From assembly GCA_964016885.1 (NCBI GenBank), contig OZ024757.1, positions 5,270,001 to 5,334,000 on the forward strand: a stretch of 64,000 nt of DNA. The letters are read 5' to 3'. Both the position numbers and the translations under genes were made by a program. Positions 1 through 12,189 of the stretch are shown here, piece by piece (position 1 is the first letter of the stretch; the number at the start of each line of letters is the position of its first letter). The notes beneath the pieces are model-generated. The model did no database searches. It was not told where the DNA came from and worked only from the letters and a program-made list of their open reading frames with translations. The DNA comes from Eledone cirrhosa (taxonomy: Eukaryota).

Positions 1-249
1 CAGCAATAATAATAGTTGTGGTAGCAGTAGTAATAGAAGTAACAGTAGCAGCAGTAGTTATAGTAGAAATAGTAGTAGTATCAGCAACAGTCGTTATAGT
101 AGTAGTATGTGTTTTACCAAGGGAAAAAACAGAGATCATACTGAGAAAAGTTTGAATTCCTCAGGGAAAGATCATCAGCCCAGAAGTTTAAATTCACTCA
201 TAGAAAGCAAGAAAAAAATACAAGAAATAAAATAAAATAATAATAATAA

Positions 250-735
250 TAGTTTCTTATATAGGCACAAGGCTAACAATGTCGGGGTGAAGGGAAAGTT
301 GATTAAATCGACCCCAGTACAGGAACTTTATTTTATCAACTCCTCAACAGGATTTGAACTCAGAATGTGAAGGGACATAACTATATGCCACAAAACATGC
401 TGTCCAATGTTCTACTCATACTGCCAATCCACTGCCCTAAATAATAATAGTGGTTTTTGATTTAGGCACAAGGCCAACATTTTAGGGGGAGGGGAAAGTC
501 AATTAAATCACCTCAGTGCATTACTGGTACTTTATTTTATCGAGCCCATACAGATGAAAGAATAATAATAATAATAATTGTTTCTACTGTTGGTACAAGG
601 CCAGGAATTATCTCAGTACATTACTGGTACTTTATTTTATCGACCCCGTAAGGATGAAAGTTAAAATTAACCTCAGCGGGATTTGAACTCAAACCATAAA
701 GAGGCGCAACTGTGCTGATTCTGCCAATCCAATAA
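250..735 (-). mobile_element. Cluster of three degraded tRNA-derived SINE copies (family A)
   Basis: Repeated 'ggcacaaggcc...ctggtactttattttatcgaccccg...ggatttgaactc...ctgccaatcc', the reverse complement of the SINE at 26336-26519. Confidence 0.7.
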
Positions 736-2119
736 TAACATACTCTCACTAAAAAAGTGTGAAGTGAAAAATATTTGTAACAACTTTATAGAAATATATT
801 ATCTCCATCAGTTGGTAATATATTGATCGATCAAATAAATCCCAGACCTCACTCATTTAGCAAGTGGGGTGGAAGTTGTCAAATCAGACCAAGGAAACAA
901 TGTTTCCATTGCTAATATTATCTATTGGTTGCAAATCTTGGCAGAAAGAGCAACATGAAATAAAGTGTCGTGCAAGGACATAACACATCACCTGGTTTGA
1001 GAATTGAATTTGCAACCTCACAATTGTGAATTGCCTTCACAGATAATATATACTAACAACAATGTTATTTCTGTATGTATCCAGTGTAGAATAGGTATGC
1101 CATATCCCTGTGTCATTAGACAGTGACTAAGTAAGTTGGCACTATGAAGGGCATCCAACCAAGAAATAATGTCATCTTCAAGTGGACCACATGATGAGTA
1201 TGAAGCTGGTGAGGGATCTCAGATGGTTATTCCTTGGGTTTACTCAACAAACGAACTCAAAGTGCCCATGTGTGTGTGGGGGAGGGGGTCAGTCCAATTT
1301 AGAGTAGTTACATCAAATCCTTGAATGTCATAGGAAGCAACTATAAGGGGTTGATATCAGACAGACAGAACTCCGTGGTGAATATGAAGAGAATATCATG
1401 GGACTCATAAGGCTAACCAACTGGCCTTAGAAGGGGAAAGGCCTTAAAATGCTTGGTTGTCGTTGTACAATAAAAGTTTTATCACTGTCACATTATTTTA
1501 TATATACTATTATATTTTCATGGTAAAGGCTTTACCTCACATAATATTGAATCTATGAGATTTTGAAAGTATTTATTTTGAGAACAATACCTTAACATCA
1601 GTTTGAGCGACCAGTTACAGCCAGTTTCAACAGAAAGAGGTAGAGAATTCTGGCTGGTTTTGGCCGGTTTGAACATTAAAGGGTTAAAGTATTATCACTG
1701 TCACAAATATTTTTGATTATTAATCTCACCATAATTCTCATCCTAACAATACTAAGAATATCTTGAAATGCTTCTTTCAGCAATTATGTTTAACAATATC
1801 CTCAACATTGCATTGTTTTGAGTGTTTGTGTGTTTGTGTGTGTGTGTTAAGTATTTCCATAGAAAAAGTAGAGGAAAGAAGAGTGATCTATGTATTGTAC
1901 ACACAAACACATACACTTGTATGTAAGTCACAGCCTGCTTACCATATTTTGGTTTCACTGTTTAATAATCTACATTCAGAGAAAGATTCCGTAACTGAAG
2001 TTGTGTATAGATTTGTTTGCACCCTATCAAAATTATCTAGTAGAAAAAAAAAGAAAAAATGCAATTGTCTACAAGTATATATATATATATATATATACAT
2101 ACACACACACACATGCACG

Positions 2120-2215
2120 CACGGTGTCCCCCAAAAATGTATACACACTGATCACTTATACAGGCATTATTCATTAGAACGCTGTTGAAGTGTATACATT
2201 TTTATGGACACCCTG
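2120..2215. mobile_element. Tc1/mariner-type mini MITE
   Basis: Inverted ends cacggtgtcccccaaaaatgtatacac / gtgtatacatttttatggacaccctg; a related copy lies at 30382-30459. Confidence 0.6.
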
Positions 2216-2314
2216 TATGTGTGTGTATACATATATACACACAATATATATACACACACACACAGTGTATTATATATATATTGGAAAATGTGTGAGATCC
2301 TTGGTACAGTTAGG

Positions 2315-2443
2315 TATATTTGAAAAAAAGGAAAAAATGACTTCACTTGTAGTGTTAAAATTTTTTTGATAATATAATATAAAATTAAATAAAAAATTTT
2401 TTAAACACTACAAGTGAAGTCATTTTCCTTTTTTTCAAATATA
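2315..2443. repeat. Palindromic (hairpin) element
   Basis: tatatttgaaaaaaaggaaaaaatgacttcacttgtagtgtt is inverted as aacactacaagtgaagtcattttcctttttttcaaatata. Confidence 0.7.
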
Positions 2444-3215
2444 TATATATATATATACACACATACATACATACGTATGTATGTATGTGAGTATAATCTC
2501 TCTAAAATTAGCAAATATTACAGGAGTTTTTCTTTAACTTTAAACGTAAATATGCTACAATACAGAATTCCAATACTGATTAGCCCAGAATGTTTTACAT
2601 TGGTCAGAACAGTGACCTTTAAGAACTGCTATAAGTTGGCTACCAATAGGTGATAAGTAAAAGTGAGGACAAGCAAGGCACACCTGGCAAAGAATATTTA
2701 AGGGGCCAATCTGAAGGACATAGGAATTAACTAAGATGATATCAAACAGGAAACAGTTTCCTTTATATATGTATATATGGAGTATGGTATTATCCATATG
2801 TGTGTGTGTGTATATATATGTAAAGGAAACAGTGTTGCAGCACAATACACATATAGGTGTAGTGTAACTTCTGTATCTGATATACAATATACACAGGTAA
2901 ACAAGCAAAAAAAATAATGCTGCTCTAAAGTAGACATCATCATCATCATCATCATCATTTTACATCTACTTTCCATCTTGGCATGGATTGGACGGGTTGT
3001 CAGAGTCTGAGATCAGATGGGTCAGACCTACTTCATCTTGCTCATATCTTCCATTCAGGATAGGATTAAATATTAAGCAAAATATCAAAATAAGCACATA
3101 CTTTATGGCATCAAGGAAAGAGGGGGGGGGGTGCAAACACCATTTTATTCAAACTGAATGTATTGGTCTTTTCCCCCCAAAAAATTATAGACACATACGT
3201 ATGCGTGTGTGTGTT

Positions 3216-3257
<42 letters not shown>

Positions 3258-3371
3258 TGCGTGTGTGTGTATATATATATGTAGGAGGTGAGTTTTATTG
3301 TAGCACAATAAAGCAATGCAAATATCGGATAAGTAGCACTCTACAGTTTGTAGGACTGGAGTATAAATAAT

Positions 3372-3557
3372 TGTTTCTACATTTGGCACAAGGCCAGCAA
3401 TTACCCAGTGTATTACTGGTACTTTATTTTATCGACCCCGAAAGGATGAAAGGCAAAGTTAACCTCGGCGCGATTTGAACTCAGAATGGCAAGGACCGTA
3501 ACTCTATGCGTCAAAGCATGGCGTCCAACCCTCTACCGATACTGCCAATCCTCCGCC
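3372..3557 (-). mobile_element. Full-length SINE family A with TSD
   Basis: A box (TGGCAGTATCGG) and B box (GAGTTCAAATC) on the minus strand; direct repeat ctggagtataaataat at 3356-3371 and 3558-3573. Confidence 0.85.
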
Positions 3558-3650
3558 CTGGAGTATAAATAATATAAGATCAAAAGATCTTATGTTGATT
3601 TAAAACTTCACTATTCACAAGTGTTTTTTAAGCTTCATATCATGTATCCC

Positions 3651-3716
3651 TATTTTATCTGATGAGAACGCAGATATCATCCTATGATGATATTAGTTTT
3701 TGAAATGTGCATAATA
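3651..3716 (+). ncRNA. Degenerate type I hammerhead ribozyme-like motif
   Basis: CTGATGA (3659-3665), stem II atatcatc/gatgatat, GAAA (3702-3705), minimal stem III (tgtgca), AUA site; stem I is only about 3 bp. Confidence 0.4.
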
Positions 3717-3746
3717 CTCGGAACTCTTTTAACCATCTTTTGATCT

Positions 3747-3778
<32 letters not shown>

Positions 3779-5506
3779 TTACATGAGTGTGTGTGTCTAT
3801 ATATATATATTATATATATATATATATGGTTCCAATATATATCAATACTACATTTCCTTAACTTTACAATAAGTTAGGCATCATGTGTTTTGTGGCGTTT
3901 TTATTTTTATTTTTTTTTTTTTTGCCTTATGGGCATATTATACCTTTTTAGCTAATAGTGTAATACATCCCAAATATTTTAGTGTCTGAATAGAGAGAAT
4001 TACTTGCTTATGTAATAATTTCTAATCTGTTATGGCTTGACTAATAATAAAGATTTAATGTGAGTTAGTAACATTTCAAATTGCTGAGCATGGTGATAGC
4101 ACATTTGGAGGATGACTAGAGATATAAGGAAACAAGAGTTAAAACCTTTTTAATTGTAATTTATTTTTGATTATTTCAAAAAAGAATTTGTTGGGATTTT
4201 ATTTATTTTATTCTTTATTTAAAAAAAGTTTCCAATATATATATTTTTATTTCTTTTAAAAAAAATATTTAAAAAAAATATTTAAAAAAAATTTTAATAT
4301 GCAAAGCACATTAGCAATGATTATCATAAGAAAGGGGGGAGGGGAACACAGAAAGGAAGTTACAAAACAACTACAATTAGACTGAGCAATTGGGGGGCTA
4401 TGCATGTGTGTGTGTGTGTGTATATATGGTATTAGCTGTATAAAAGGTTTCTTTTATTAAATATAATCAGGAGTTGATGTCTAGTCTACTAACAGACAGA
4501 CTGTATTATTTTAACAATTGATATAAAAATGTTTCCATGATTTTCCAGTAAAACAATATTATGTGTTAGTAAGAGATTTTTTTTTCTTTTTTCAAAATAC
4601 TGTAAACTACAAAATCAATATTTTGTATGATATAATTTGTTTTATTTTATTTTTATATGTAGGTGGGGGGATTAATATAAAGAAAACATAATGCCATGCT
4701 TAATATGAATGATTTAAACCAAAAACAAAAAAAAAAGTTTATCTAATTAAACTATCTATTTAGTTTACATAAATTAAAAATATTTGCAAGACATTTCTAC
4801 TTTCTGTTTGTGTAACATGAACTTTCATCTTTTAAGACTTTCGGGCTTTGGTTTGGAATAATATCTCACAAAATGAATTTTCACATTAACATATGCAATT
4901 GTAAATAAAATAAAAAATAAATAAAAAAAGAAAAAGAAAAAACTACTATACAATTAACATATTTACAAGTGTGAAAGATGCTGTTTTTTTTCTTAAAATG
5001 AGTCTTGAAAATTTACCATGCATCCGAGAAGACGAAGGTTGCATTTTTCTAAATCAATTTTAACCAATGGGGAATGTTCCCCTATAGAAAGGAATTTAAT
5101 AATAAAGTAGAAGAGAAGATAGTATAATAAAATATATGATCCTGACCACAGGTTTGTACATGAAAAGTTCCACTCCAAGGTGCAAGCCAGGTCATGGTGT
5201 TTTTGTAGAAGACAAGAAGTCACCCATGCATGCTAATCTTCTCTACACATCACTGATGTTATCTAAGAGAAAGGCAAAGATTGATTCAGCTTGGCACCAG
5301 TGTCATCATAACTCATCTTTACCACCCATGTGGACTGGAGTAACATGAAATAAAGTGTCTTGCTCAAGGACAACACACTTCTCATCACAATCTTACGATA
5401 GTGATGAGCCCAACACACTAACCATTAATCCATGACTTTAAAGGAAATGAATGTTTCTCTTTGTTGAATATAAGTCACCAATTTAGCGGAGAAGTATTTA
5501 GAGAGT

Positions 5507-5938
5507 TGTAATGTCGCCACGAGGAACCAGGTTAGGTAGAAAGATATGATAGGAAATATCGACAACGACTTTAGCTTGGTTTTACATTATTTATTAACAA
5601 CGGTTAAGAAGTGAATTAAGCTGGCATGCCAAGAGAAATGAAATAATTCAATTAAGATTACAAGAGAAAATACGGGCGACTGGCTGAAGGGGTTTTTGAC
5701 CAGTCTCGTAGGTAATGTTTTGTCGTTACATATTGTTTGTGCTTTCACGGCGCAAGAAAAATGGTTGTTTACCTTAGCACGGTCGAAGCTGCGAGTGATA
5801 GCGTCCTCAAATCTTTGCGGGCTATTTCTCCCTCAGAAAGCGTAGGGATACATCCTCTTCTACTGGCGCTGATTGGCTGAGCTGAGCCACATCACGCACA
5901 GAGAATGTATGTGAGCCCGCGGAATGTAGGCCACTACA
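5507..5938 (-). mobile_element. Probable solo LTR
   Basis: CpG-rich 432-bp island with TGTA...TACA ends, plus CCAAT and AATAAA on the minus strand; no TSD found. Confidence 0.4.
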
Positions 5939-6159
5939 ACTTCATACTATATTTTAATGATAATTTTTCTTCATTTATTTTAAATAAATTATCAAAACGT
6001 ATTAAAAAATTTATAAAACAAGAAAAAAAAAATACCTCATTACAAAACCTCATTCCTTTATTGGGAGATAACTCAAACTAAAGGTAATTTATAAAAATAT
6101 TAATTTTAACAGCGTTATCAAGTAACAAAGGAAGAGGTAAAAGTAAAAGTACAAAAGCA

Positions 6160-6420
6160 GACTATAAGGTACCAACAGGTTCTATAAGTCACTAACTATA
6201 AGGTACCAACAGTAACTATATATCACTAAATCACTAACCAATAGGTACCAACAGTAACTATATATCACTAAATCACTAACCAATAGGTACCAACAGTAAC
6301 TATATATCACTAAATCTCTAAGTATAAGGTACCAACAGTAACTATATATCACTAAATCACTAACTATAAGGGATCAACAATAATATATTACTAAGTCACT
6401 AACTAGAACAGAAACTATAA
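6160..6420. repeat. Minisatellite, about 43-bp unit
   Basis: Recurrent aggtaccaacagtaactatatatcactaaatcactaa. Confidence 0.8.
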
Positions 6421-6430
6421 ATCAAAGTCA

Positions 6431-6822
6431 TTATCTATATGTGGATTGGCAGTATCGGTAGAGAGTCGGACGCCATGCTTTCCAGCATAGTTACGTCCCT
6501 TTACGATCTGAGTTCAAATCCCGCCGAGGTTGATTTGCCTTTCATCCTTACGGGGTCGATAAAATAAAGTACCAGTAATTCACTGGGTAATTGCTGGCCT
6601 TGTGCCTAAAGTAGAAACAATTATCTATATGTGGATTGGCAGTATCGGTAGAGGGTCGGACGCCATGCTTTCCAGCATAGTTACGTCCCTTTACGATCTG
6701 AGTTCAAATCCCGCCGAGGTTGATTTGCCTTTCATCCTTACGGGGTCGATAAAATAAAGTACCAGTAATGCACTGGGTAATTGTTGGCCTTGTGCCTAAA
6801 GTAGAAACAATTATCTATATGT
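6431..6822 (+). mobile_element. Head-to-tail dimer of SINE family A
   Basis: Two near-identical 190-bp units; ttatctatatgt occurs at 6431, 6621 and 6811. Confidence 0.9.
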
Positions 6823-6965
6823 ATTTGTAAAATCTATGAAAATGCTGAGACCTTATGTGGTGGTTGGGGGGGGGGGTGTTAAGTCAAAATTGGGATGCGT
6901 CTTCGAGCTTGTAGAATCTTGAAAGTCAGAGCATCTTCAATACCAGGAAATATGGTAAGTAGCAG

Positions 6966-6967
6966 TA

Positions 6968-7058
<91 letters not shown>
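6966..7058. repeat. Compound microsatellite (GTA)n(ATA)n
   Basis: Direct reading of the sequence. Confidence 0.95.
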
Positions 7059-7059
<1 letters not shown>

Positions 7060-7347
7060 TTAACAGTAACAATAATATGTTTGAGATTATAAAATAAAAC
7101 AAAATGAAAAAAAATTAATGGAATCACAAATGAGAAATGTTGAAGAAATACATGTTGCACAATCTCTTGGTACCATTTTAATCCCCAATATTGGTCCCTT
7201 TTCTCAGTTACGTAAGGAAAATGAATGTGTTATGCAGTTAATATTAATGACATTCAAATAATTTTTTTAAAAAACGTTTAACTTAACATTATTAAGTGTA
7301 TGGATGTAATATTGCTTTGCTAATGCCTGTGTGATTTACAACTAACA

Positions 7348-7406
<59 letters not shown>

Positions 7407-7446
7407 GATATTAAACAAATGGAAACTATATTTATAAAACCATATT

Positions 7447-7512
7447 TATTTCATTATACATATTTCAGGGATACCATATTAAAAATATGGCATGTCTTCG
7501 TCAGATAAAATA
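7447..7512 (-). ncRNA. Type I hammerhead ribozyme (inverted copy, one extra stem II mismatch)
   Basis: Reverse complement reads tattttat-CTGACGA-agacatgccatatt-ttt-aatatggtatccct-GAAA-tatgt-ATA-atgaaata. Confidence 0.65.
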
Positions 7513-9039
7513 CAATATATAAACAGTTTTATAAATAATTTTGACGTACCATATTATAAGCGACCATTATATTAGGAAGCTGTCTGGATAATGAATTGTT
7601 TATAATTATTTAGTTATAGTGTTAAGCACAGTTAGAAGAAAGACGGAGAGAAAGAAACGGAGAGAAAGAAAAGGAGAGAGAGAAAAAATATATAAATAGA
7701 TAGGAGAAAGAAATAAGAGAGGCAAACGAAAGCAACAGATAAATAATTCCCCATACATATCGAGAAACTCAAGAGAGAGGGAGTCCTATATAGAGAGAGA
7801 AGGATAATAATTATTTAGTTATAGTGTTAAGCACAGATAGAAAAAAGACGGAGAGAAAGAAAAAACGTAGATAAAGAAAAAAGAAAAAACGGAGAGAGAG
7901 AGGGGAGAGGAGAAAAAAACAGAGAGAGAGAGAATATAAATAGATAAGAGGAAGTGAAAAAGAAACAAGAGAGAAATAAGAGAGGCAAACGAAAACGACA
8001 GATACATAATAATTCATCATACATAAAGATAAACTCAAGAGAGAGGAGAAAGTGCTATATATAGAGAGAAGGATACAGTTACATCTTTACGTCATGTCAT
8101 ATCAATTTGAATTATCAATTCATATGAAAAGGATAATAAAAATGCAAATATCAATATTCATGAATGAGACATAGATATATATAATATGAGAAAATAACAT
8201 TGTTCAATAATGACCATATGTTTAGTTTAAAACTCTGAGGTTAATATACCAAAAACTGAGATAAAACCTTCAAAAAATTACCCTATTTATAAAAATACGG
8301 AAATATATATGTATATATATATACACGTATATGTACTTCCTGAAAAAAGAAAAAAGAGAAAATTATGTCTAACTCTAGTCAATAATATAGACATACATAT
8401 GACTTCACTTGATCAACTCTATAATTTCTTGTGTCATAAAAAAATGTCTTGTGTTATAAAAATTTCACTGTATATATACATAAAATATACGATTAATATT
8501 CATGTCCTCACATATATGATTACCGTTCATGTATTTAATATTATGCATATCTGTAACATATACAGAACCATACCTAAATATATATATATATATGTATATA
8601 TAAAATATCTGCGTGAGTTTTCCAGCATCTTTACGCACATATACAGACACATGAACACATAAAATAAACTCTATAAACTTTCTATATGCATGTTAATACA
8701 CATATGGCCTTTGTATAGAGATAATCAAATATCAATATATCAGCACAGAAACATCAAAACATTAAAATACTTTCAACACACTATAGAGTATCTCAGGCCA
8801 AAAACAATATGCTTCATATATTTACTACAGAAATCTATCCTTCCTATATTTCAAACAATATATTGCAAAGTTAGTTAGAAGCTATTAGAGTAAAAAACAA
8901 ATAAAAAACAAAAATTATTTAACAAAAATTATTAAAAAGATTTAGAAGACCCAGTGATTCTACGGATGCCCTTATATTTAGTATAGAAATTTATCTTGCG
9001 TAAAATGTATTTAATACATTGGGAGCATATACATTTTAG

Positions 9040-9307
9040 AGTAGTTTATTACAAAAAATCCTCAACTTCGCTATCAAGCCTACTCTGGCAACTTAAACGA
9101 GATAATGTTAAGTATTCGATGTTTTGGAATATTGTCTCAAAAGGGATTCCTTTTAATTCCTCATCAGAGACATGTGATCTCTGTGTGGAGGAGGTATTCT
9201 TTATATTAAAGTCCAAAAATTTCCTTAATTTAAGGAGCAATTTATTCAGTTGCTGCAGACATAGATTGAACTCAACGTTTAAATATAAATATAAATTTAA
9301 AATGTAG
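9040..9307 (+). pseudogene. C-terminal part of a Penelope-like GIY-YIG endonuclease
   Basis: STSLSSLLWQLK...WNIVSKGIPFNSSSETCDLCVEE...LNLRSNLFSCCRH resembles the PLE endonuclease tail pattern (S.LS..IW.LK...C.LC..E...LN.R.E...CRH), recognised from memory. Confidence 0.7.
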
Positions 9308-9826
9308 TATAATTAATTAAGAAATTTAGTTAATATATGAAACCTGACGATAAATCATTTGATTCCTTCACCTTTTTCTTTTTAAACCTTCTTCCTAAAT
9401 ATAAACAAAGATGTAATAAACTACTCTAAATTTTACGCAAGATAAATTTCTATACTAAATATAAGGGCATCCGTAGAATCACTGGGTCTTCTAAATCTTT
9501 TAAATAATTTTTATCTTTTAAATAATTATTATCCTTCTCTCTATATATAGGACTCCCTCTCTCTTGAGTTTCTCTATATGTATGGGGAATTATTATTTAT
9601 CTGTTGCTTTCGTTTGCCACTCTTATTTCTTTCTCCTATCTATTTATATATTTTTACTCTCTCTCCTTTTCTTTCTCTCCGTTTCTTTCTCTCCGTCTTT
9701 CTTCTAACTGTACTTAACACTATAACTAAATAATTATAAACAATTCATTATCCAGACAGCTTCCTAATATAATGGTCGCTTATAACATGGTACGTCAAAA
9801 TTATTTATAAAACTGTTTATATATTG

Positions 9827-9892
9827 TATTTTATCTGACGAAGGCATGCCATATTTTTAATATGGTATCCCTGAAATATGTATAATGAAATA
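9827..9892 (+). ncRNA. Type I hammerhead ribozyme with minimal stem III
   Basis: Stem I tattttat(9827-34)/atgaaata(9885-92); CTGACGA 9835-41; 14-bp stem II 9842-72 with one mismatch; GAAA 9873-76; self-complementary atatgtat; predicted cleavage after A9884. Confidence 0.75.
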
Positions 9893-10020
9893 AATATGGT
9901 TTTATAAATATAGTTTCCATTTGTTTAATATCGTATATCTACTCCAAAAACTTGTCGAGTGCTTTATATCAGTTATAAAATATTTACTTGTTGTAACCCA
10001 ACAATTTTAAATAAAACTTT

Positions 10021-10055
<35 letters not shown>

Positions 10056-10261
10056 GAAAAACAAAAACATTTGAGTCACATTTGAAAAAGGCAAGTTGTA
10101 AATGCATCAATCAACAATGCTTCGAGATTTGCCAAAATTCATCCCTGCTTGAGATGCACCTTTGTTAGAGCCCATTTGGAGACTAATGATGTTGCTGCCA
10201 GCCAGTAACTGTTCTTCAGTGAAAAATTGTGCATTTTTTTCTGCTTCTTTAGGTCCTAAGC

Positions 10262-10320
10262 ATGGCCCAGGTTACCCCTTCATACGTGCCTAGTAGTAGA
10301 AAAATATTAGCATTTCAAAT
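10262..10320 (+). CDS. Candidate first coding exon of the RING/death-domain gene (MAQVTPSYVPSSRKILAFQ)
   Basis: Polypyrimidine-TAG acceptor at 10252, agcATGG start context, GTAAGA donor at 10321; phase 2 matches the RING exon. No homology support. Confidence 0.3.
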
Positions 10321-10791
10321 GTAAGATATAAAGAAGATACATGACATTTTTTTAAGTTCATCATATTGAGATTTTTTTAAGCTTAACCCTTTTCTTACAA
10401 TATTTCTAATGAAGTTCACTGACTACGATTGATTTTCAAATAATTTTTAGAAATAATCAAGAATTTGGAGCGACTTGAAAATAACTAACTTCCTCATTAT
10501 TAAATTGATGTTCATAACATAAGTTAAAAAGTTCTTTCATAGAATTATGATGAAAGGTTTCATGATCATCATCGTCGTTTAACATCCATCTTCCACGCTA
10601 GCATTTGGTTTATAGATAAATATAAATTTTCTAAAATAGTTTAACAGAACCAGAACATGTTTTGAGCAGTTTGATATAAAAAAAGGTGAATTCATAAATA
10701 GTAATCAGTAATGTGTCACAAAATTTATCTAAAATAAACATTATTTATTGAAAACATTGAATTAAAATTAACTCTGTATCATCATGATGTG

Positions 10792-10905
10792 AAGGCACAT
10801 GGCTTAGTGGTTGGATTTGCAATCATGAGGTTGTGAGTTCAATTCTCAGACCGGGTGATCTGTTGTGTCCTTGAACAAGACATTATTTCACGTTGCTCCT
10901 TCTGC
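10792..10905 (+). mobile_element. tRNA-derived SINE family B (CORE-like)
   Basis: TGGCTTAGTGG A box, GAGTTCAATTC B box, ccttgaacaagaca core-like segment. Other copies near 950(-), 5340(-), 17305, 43376, 46652 and 55630(-). Confidence 0.7.
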
Positions 10906-12189
10906 CAGGAGTTGCAACCAGTATCAACAATGGAAAAATGTAAAAACCAATGGAAACATTGTTTCCTTGGTCCCATTTGATGAGGTCCACCGCACTTGGC
11001 AAGCGAATGAGGTCTGGGATCTTGATCGATCGGAGTGAGAGCGATCATCATTATTGCTCAACTACAGTAAGAGACAGTCACAATCGTCCTCCACCAACTG
11101 CAGCTTTTTATAATCCCTTGTGGTCCTGTAGTCAAATTCTTGATTATTTTCAAAATAACTTGAAAACCATGGGCAATGTCTTTCATTAGAAATATACTAA
11201 CTGAAGGGTTAAACCAGGTAACAGATTAAGTCTATCACCTGATTTGAGGGAAATTTGTCTTTAATTTTTAGCATGTAGAGTGACCACATAGAGCCTCCTG
11301 TGTTAGCAGTCTCATTAGAAACATGGAAACTAAAGGTTTAGATCTCTCCAAATTCTTGTTTTTTTTTTTTTTTTCAAAATTATTTGAAATCAAAGGCACA
11401 GTACTTCATTGAAAATATGATTAACAAAAAAAGTTAAAAAACCAAATTTTAAAAAAAAATGGGACGATGAAGGGGGAGGGTTAGAAATAACGGAAAATAA
11501 TAAAATATTAATTAAACATATTTACATTTCTCCCTAAAGCATGTAGGGTATTAACAACCTGTAACATATTTACTTTGTCATAAAGGTCAACAGTCTGGAA
11601 GAGGGCATTCTTCATCACACCATAGTCTTCAGTGGCTTTTAGAAAGTTTGCGATATTCTCCATCATATAAAAGGCAGATTTCTTATCATTTATTTTTGGG
11701 CTAATTAGTTCATTAATCTGTTAAGAAAATTAAATTAATTAATAATAAATGAATAAATTCAACAAGTTAAGGTTAGTGGGAGAATTGAAGGAAGATATCT
11801 CTGGACCTCTTTGATACCAAACTGCCTGAAACCACCCCTGGTTCGATAATAAAAAGCTGTGTTATTTTAAAGTACTAGGATTTTTTTCAACATGCTGACG
11901 TGTATGTGTATATGTGTGTGTGTGTGTACGTGCATATGCATACATTTATATGTATGAGTATATAAATATAAACACAAGAATACACTCACAGGCATACATT
12001 CACACAAACATACACAAACACTCACACACAGCATATCAAATGGAACACCAGTGACCGTTTTGCTATAGTTTTTCACCATCCTTCTTTCCTTTTACACACA
12101 CATGTGTGTGTATGTGTGTGAGACAGAAGTCGCTGAAATTTATATATAGAATGACATTTATCTAAAAGGAAAAATCAAACATTCCATTC

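Larger units (their letters stand above)
7403..9937 (+). mobile_element. Penelope-like element remnant with inverted pseudo-LTRs
   Basis: Inverted repeats 7403-7817/9518-9937 and 8925-9006/9430-9511 flank a GIY-YIG C-terminal coding fragment; the outer arms contain hammerhead motifs. Confidence 0.75.

Noticed and set aside
1752-3389. Several 68-141 aa ORFs rich in YIYI, CVCV and THTH
   Set aside because: Translations of (TA)n and (CA)n microsatellites; no domain motifs.
6879-7160. Poly-Ile/Thr/Val ORFs resembling membrane peptides
   Set aside because: Trinucleotide microsatellite.
9343-9375. CTGACGA followed by a small hairpin just after the GIY-YIG fragment
   Set aside because: No GAAA or stem III follows; at most a truncated hammerhead.
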